Positions 60,039 through 64,000 of a DNA stretch of 64,000 bases are shown here, one piece after another (position 1 is the first letter of the stretch; each line of letters opens with the position of its first letter). The DNA is from Planctomycetota bacterium. Its GTDB lineage: Bacteria; Planctomycetota; PLA2; JAEUHO01. The stretch lies in contig JBFWRP010000008.1 of assembly GCA_050248855.1 (NCBI GenBank), positions 1 to 64,000 on the forward strand, in the 5' to 3' direction. Under the pieces are notes generated by a model. The model was not told the DNA's origin and did no database searches. It saw nothing but the letters and a program-made list of their open reading frames with translations. A program made the translations under genes and the position numbers.

Positions 60039-61351
60039 GGCGGGGATCCGGGGAGGAGCCGCGCATTCTCGCCGAGGCGCCTCGCCAAGCCGCGTCCGGC
60101 AACGGTGCCCGAGGCCCAGGCCCACTGGAAGTTGAAGCCGCCGAGCCGCCCGTCCACGTCGAGGATCTCGCCGACCAGCCAGAGGCCTGGCGTGATGCGC
60201 GAGGCCATCGTGGAGACGTCGACCTCGGAGAGCGGCACGCCGCCCGCCGTGGCCTCGGCGTAGGTCCAGCCGCGGTCGCCGGTGACCGGCAACGGCTCGG
60301 CCGTGACGAGCTTGACCAGCGCCTTGCGGTCGTCTCGCTTCAGGTGGTCGACGCGCGTGGCGGGGTCGACGCCCGCGGCGGCCAGCAGGCGGGCCGCCAG
60401 ACGCGTGGGCAAGGTGCTCTCGAGCCGTCGCATCAACGTGTCGCGGCCCGCGGCGAGCAGCTCGGCATCGAAGCCGCCCGCCGGGAGGTCCGGGCGCCAG
60501 TCGGCCTCCAGGTGGGCGGTCTGCCCCAGCGCCTTGGCCATGAGCACGTGGCGGCTGATGTCGAGCACGGCGGGGCCGGACAGGCCGAAGTGGGTGTGCA
60601 AGACGGGTCCGGTCGCCGTGGCGACGACGGCGCCCGTGGCCCCGCGCAGCGTGAGGCGCGCGGGTGCGGCGACGCCGGCCAACGCGAGCGCGGGGTGCCC
60701 CGCTGGCAGCAGCAGCGGCGAAAGGGCGGGCACGAGCGGTTCGGCGATCGTGTGGCCGAGCGCGCGGGCCAAGGCGTAGCCGCCGCCGTCCGAGCCGCTC
60801 TTGGGCAGGCTCTTGCCGCCCGTCGCCAGCACCACGTGCCGGGCCCGGAGCGGGCCCGCTCCCGTCGTCAGCAGGAAGCCGCCGTCGGTGCGCTCGATGG
60901 CGGTCACGCGCGCCGGATGGAGCAGGCGCACGCCCGCCTCGCGCGCGGCGCCGAGCAGCGCGTCGAGCACGCTGCGAGCGCGATCCGTCGTGGGGAAGAG
61001 CTTGCCGGTGTCCTCCTCCTTGAGCAGGACGCCCCGCTCGCGGAAGAAGGCGATCGTGTCGGCCACGCCGAAGGCCTTGAGCACCTTGCCGATCGCGTTG
61101 GCGCGACTGCCGCAGAAGTCGTCCTTGCCGACCTCCCGGTGGGTCACGTTGCAGCGCCCTCCGCCGGCCACGAGGATCTTGGCGCCGAGCGTCCGTGCGC
61201 CGTCCAGCGCCACGACACGAGCGCCGGGGGCGCCGCGCGCCGCCTGGATCGCCGCCATGAGACCCGCGGCCCCGGCGCCGACCACGGCCACGTCCACGCC
61301 GACCCCCTCCGGGTGGGCGGCGGTCCCGCGGCTATCGGGATCGGACGTCAT
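60035..61351 (-). CDS. HI0933/YhiN/BaiN family flavoprotein
   Basis: GAGAAG, GAKILVAGGGRCNVT, ATGGKSLP--GSDG-GY, THFGLSGP, T-GGV and GE-LDVDG--GGFNFQ-AW-SG. Confidence 0.9.
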   Translation of the reverse strand: MTSDPDSRGTAAHPEGVGVDVAVVGAGAAGLMAAIQAARGAPGARVVALDGARTLGAKILVAGGGRCNVTHREVGKDDFCGSRANAIGKVLKAFGVADTIAFFRERGVLLKEEDTGKLFPTTDRARSVLDALLGAAREAGVRLLHPARVTAIERTDGGFLLTTGAGPLRARHVVLATGGKSLPKSGSDGGGYALARALGHTIAEPLVPALSPLLLPAGHPALALAGVAAPARLTLRGATGAVVATATGPVLHTHFGLSGPAVLDISRHVLMAKALGQTAHLEADWRPDLPAGGFDAELLAAGRDTLMRRLESTLPTRLAARLLAAAGVDPATRVDHLKRDDRKALVKLVTAEPLPVTGDRGWTYAEATAGGVPLSEVDVSTMASRITPGLWLVGEILDVDGRLGGFNFQWAWASGTVAGRGLARRLGENARLLPGSPP

Positions 61352-61369
61352 TCGCCTACTCTACGCCCC
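61352..61369. promoter_or_regulatory. Candidate bidirectional leaderless promoter
   Basis: TACTCT (+ strand) 7 nt before ATG 61370 overlaps TAGAGT (- strand) 6 nt before ATG 61351. Confidence 0.6.
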
Positions 61370-62269
61370 ATGTTCGAAGCCCCCGCGCATCCCGACCTGA
61401 TCCCGTTCGACGGCAGCTTCCAGCTGGCCACCCGCTCCACGACACCCGGCGCGGACCGGCCGCGGGGCAAGGAGGCGAAGAAGCTGCTGAAGAAGATGAA
61501 GCCCGAGCTCGACGAGCTCCAGCGCATCCTCTACGCGCACGACAGCCACGCCGTGCTGCTGGTGTTCCAGGCCCTGGACGCGGCCGGCAAGGACGGCACC
61601 ATCCGCGCCGTCCTCCGGGGTCTGGACCCGACGGGCTTCCAGGTGTTCAGCTTCAAGCAGCCGAGCAAGGAGGAAGTCGACCACGACTTCCTCTGGCGCA
61701 CGGCGCGCAGCCTGCCCGAGCGAGGTCGCATCGGTGTGTTCAACCGCAGCTACTACGAGGAGGTCCTCGTGGTCCGCGTGCACCCGGAGTGGCTCGACGC
61801 CCAGCGCCTGCCCGATCCCGCGCCCGAGCCGATGTTCTGGGAGGAGCGCTACGACTCGATCCGGGACCACGAGCTGCACCTGGCCCGCAACGGCACGGTG
61901 ATCCTCAAGTTCTGGCTCAACGTGAGCCGCGAAGAGCAGTGCCGCCGCTTCCTGGAACGCCTGGACGAGCCCGAGAAGAACTGGAAGTTCGCGATCGGCG
62001 ACGTCGAGGAGCGGCCGTGGTACGAGGCCTACCGCGCGGCCTACGAGGAAGCGCTGCGGGCCACGTCCAGGCCGTGGGCCCCGTGGTATGCGATCCCCGC
62101 CGACGACAAGCCCGCGATGCGCCTGGCCGTCGCGACGGCCCTGCGCGACGCCCTGCGCTCGCTCGACTTGCGCTGGCCCGAGGTCAAGCCCGAGCACGCG
62201 GAGAAGTTCGCGGCCCTGCGCGCCCAGCTCGAGGCCGAGCGGTCCGCCTTCCCGAAGGGAAGCCGATGA
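61370..62269 (+). CDS. ppk2: Polyphosphate kinase 2 family protein
   Basis: FQALDAAGKDG, SFKQPS, HDFLWR, FNRSYYEEVLVVRVH, KFWL, WKF and PWY-IPAD-K. Confidence 0.92.
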   Translation: MFEAPAHPDLIPFDGSFQLATRSTTPGADRPRGKEAKKLLKKMKPELDELQRILYAHDSHAVLLVFQALDAAGKDGTIRAVLRGLDPTGFQVFSFKQPSKEEVDHDFLWRTARSLPERGRIGVFNRSYYEEVLVVRVHPEWLDAQRLPDPAPEPMFWEERYDSIRDHELHLARNGTVILKFWLNVSREEQCRRFLERLDEPEKNWKFAIGDVEERPWYEAYRAAYEEALRATSRPWAPWYAIPADDKPAMRLAVATALRDALRSLDLRWPEVKPEHAEKFAALRAQLEAERSAFPKGSR

Positions 62270-64000
62270 GCCTGCCGGCCTACGAGAAGATGGGGGTCTT
62301 CTACCTGGGCCGCCGCGTCAAGGACGCCGCCGGCACGCCGACGGACGAGACGATCCTCTACGACGCCAAGGACCTCACCACGCACGCGATGTGCGTGGGC
62401 ATGACGGGTTCGGGCAAGACGGGCCTCTGCATCGGCCTGCTGGAAGAGGCGGCGATGGACGGCGTGCCCGCCATCGCGATCGACCCCAAGGGCGACCTCG
62501 GCAACCTCCTGCTCACGTTCCCGGACCTGGAACCCGATGACTTCGCCCCCTGGGTCGAGGAGGCGCAAGCCGCCCGCAAGGGCATGACCGTGGCGCAGTA
62601 CGCCACGTCGGTCGCCACGACGTGGCGCGAGGGCCTGGCGTCGTGGGGCCAGGACGGCGATCGCATCCGGCGCCTGCGGGAGGCAGCCGACTTCGCGATC
62701 TACACGCCCGGCTCCAGCGCCGGACGGCCGCTGACGATCCTGCGCTCCTTCGCCGCACCGCCTCCGGCGGTGCGCGACGACGCCGACGCGCTGCGCGACC
62801 GCGTCGGCGCGTCGGTCGCTGGCCTCCTGGGCCTCGTCGGCGTGGACGCCGATCCGCTGCGCAGCCGCGAGCACATCCTGCTCGCCAACCTCGTCGAACG
62901 CGCGTGGCGCGACGGCGAGGACCTCGACCTCGGCCAGCTGATCCTCAAGATCCAGGATCCCGGCTTCACGCGCGTGGGCGTGATGGACCTCGAGTCGTTC
63001 TTCCCGGCGAAGGACCGCTTCGGCCTCGCCATGACGCTCAACAACCTGCTGGCGTCGCCGGGCTTCGCCTCGTGGGTCGAAGGCGAGCCGCTGGACGTCC
63101 AGCGCCTGCTCTACACGCCGGAGGGCAAGCCGCGCGTCGCGATCGTCAGCATCGCGCATCTCTCCGACGCCGAGCGCATGTTCTTCGTGACGCTGCTGCT
63201 CAACGAAGTCGTGTCGTGGATGCGCAGCCAGTCGGGCAGCACCAGCCTGCGTGCGCTGCTCTACATGGACGAGATCTTCGGCTACCTGCCGCCGAGCGCC
63301 AACCCGCCCAGCAAGACGCCCATGCTGACGCTCCTGAAGCAAGCGCGGGCCTTCGGCCTGGGCGTGGTGCTGGCCACGCAGAACCCCGTCGACCTCGACT
63401 ACAAGGCCCTCTCGAACATGGGCACGTGGTTCCTCGGGCGGCTCCAGACCGAGCGCGACAAGCTGCGCATCCTCGACGGGCTCGAGGGCGCCACGGCCAG
63501 CGCCGACCGCCCCTTCGACCGGGCCAAGCTCGAGGCGACCCTCTCGGGCCTCGCGGGCCGCGTGTTCCTCATGAACAACGTGCACGATGCCGAGCCCGTG
63601 CTGTTCCAGACGCGCTGGGTCATGTCGTACTTGAAGGGCCCGCTCACGCGCGCCGAGATCAAGCGCCTCGGGGCGGGCGCGCCGGGCCCCGCCGCGGCCG
63701 CCGCCACCGCGCCGGAACCGCTGCCCAAGGCCGATCGCCAGGAGGCCGCGCGCCCGGTCCTGCCGCCAGACGTTCCCGAGCGCTTCGTCCGCGCCGCGGA
63801 CGTGGGCGTGGGCGACAGCGCCTTCGTCTACCGCCCGGTGCTGCTCGGACGCGCGCGCCTGCACTTCGTGGACGCGCGGCGCGACATCGACGTCTGGCAG
63901 GATCGCGTCCACGTGGTCAAGCTGGGGGGCACGCGCGTTCCCGCCGACCCCTGGGAGGGCAGCGAGGTCGTCGCCGACCTGCCCGCGTTCACCCCGCAGC
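62266..64000 (+). CDS. HerA/FtsK-superfamily ATPase (DUF87/DUF853-like), truncated by the window end
   Basis: Translated by hand because the ORF track omits it (no stop codon): FYLG, TTHA-CVGMTGSGKT, IDPKGD, LYMDE, LLKQARAFG and LATQNP. Confidence 0.85.
   Translation, partial: MSLPAYEKMGVFYLGRRVKDAAGTPTDETILYDAKDLTTHAMCVGMTGSGKTGLCIGLLEEAAMDGVPAIAIDPKGDLGNLLLTFPDLEPDDFAPWVEEAQAARKGMTVAQYATSVATTWREGLASWGQDGDRIRRLREAADFAIYTPGSSAGRPLTILRSFAAPPPAVRDDADALRDRVGASVAGLLGLVGVDADPLRSREHILLANLVERAWRDGEDLDLGQLILKIQDPGFTRVGVMDLESFFPAKDRFGLAMTLNNLLASPGFASWVEGEPLDVQRLLYTPEGKPRVAIVSIAHLSDAERMFFVTLLLNEVVSWMRSQSGSTSLRALLYMDEIFGYLPPSANPPSKTPMLTLLKQARAFGLGVVLATQNPVDLDYKALSNMGTWFLGRLQTERDKLRILDGLEGATASADRPFDRAKLEATLSGLAGRVFLMNNVHDAEPVLFQTRWVMSYLKGPLTRAEIKRLGAGAPGPAAAAATAPEPLPKADRQEAARPVLPPDVPERFVRAADVGVGDSAFVYRPVLLGRARLHFVDARRDIDVWQDRVHVVKLGGTRVPADPWEGSEVVADLPAFTPQ

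Overview
Very high-GC, gene-dense chromosomal window from a Gram-negative bacterium (lpxH, LpxL-type acyltransferase, dacB, dapCDE). An ECF sigma/Ser-Thr kinase pair and the general gene content suggest Planctomycetota, but that is inference. About 50 CDS are supported, mostly housekeeping: a Cu P-type ATPase, rarA, suhB, an XPB helicase plus partner, dusB, gcvP, system II cytochrome c maturation, thyA-folA, dapC/D/E, aromatic-CoA enzymes, an ABC-F ATPase, sdaA, PPK2 and a HerA-like ATPase. I saw no rRNA, tRNA, CRISPR array, integrase or transposase. The most unusual signals are: (1) a family of dispersed palindromic elements ending in (G)TACGG...CCGTA(C). Eight full copies of one type and one diverged relative are all exactly 98 bp (34-30-34 where the arms are intact), with co-varying arms, stuttered ends and one apparent filled/empty site pair. 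A second type of 83-84 bp abuts start codons. (2) A fully translationally coupled operon: ferritin-like DUF455 protein, ATP-grasp protein, dapC, dapD, dapE. (3) A bacterial XPB whose partner looks like TFIIH p52/p8. (4) Widespread leaderless-gene signatures, including an 18-bp bidirectional -10 element. All protein calls come from motif recognition by eye; no database searches were run.
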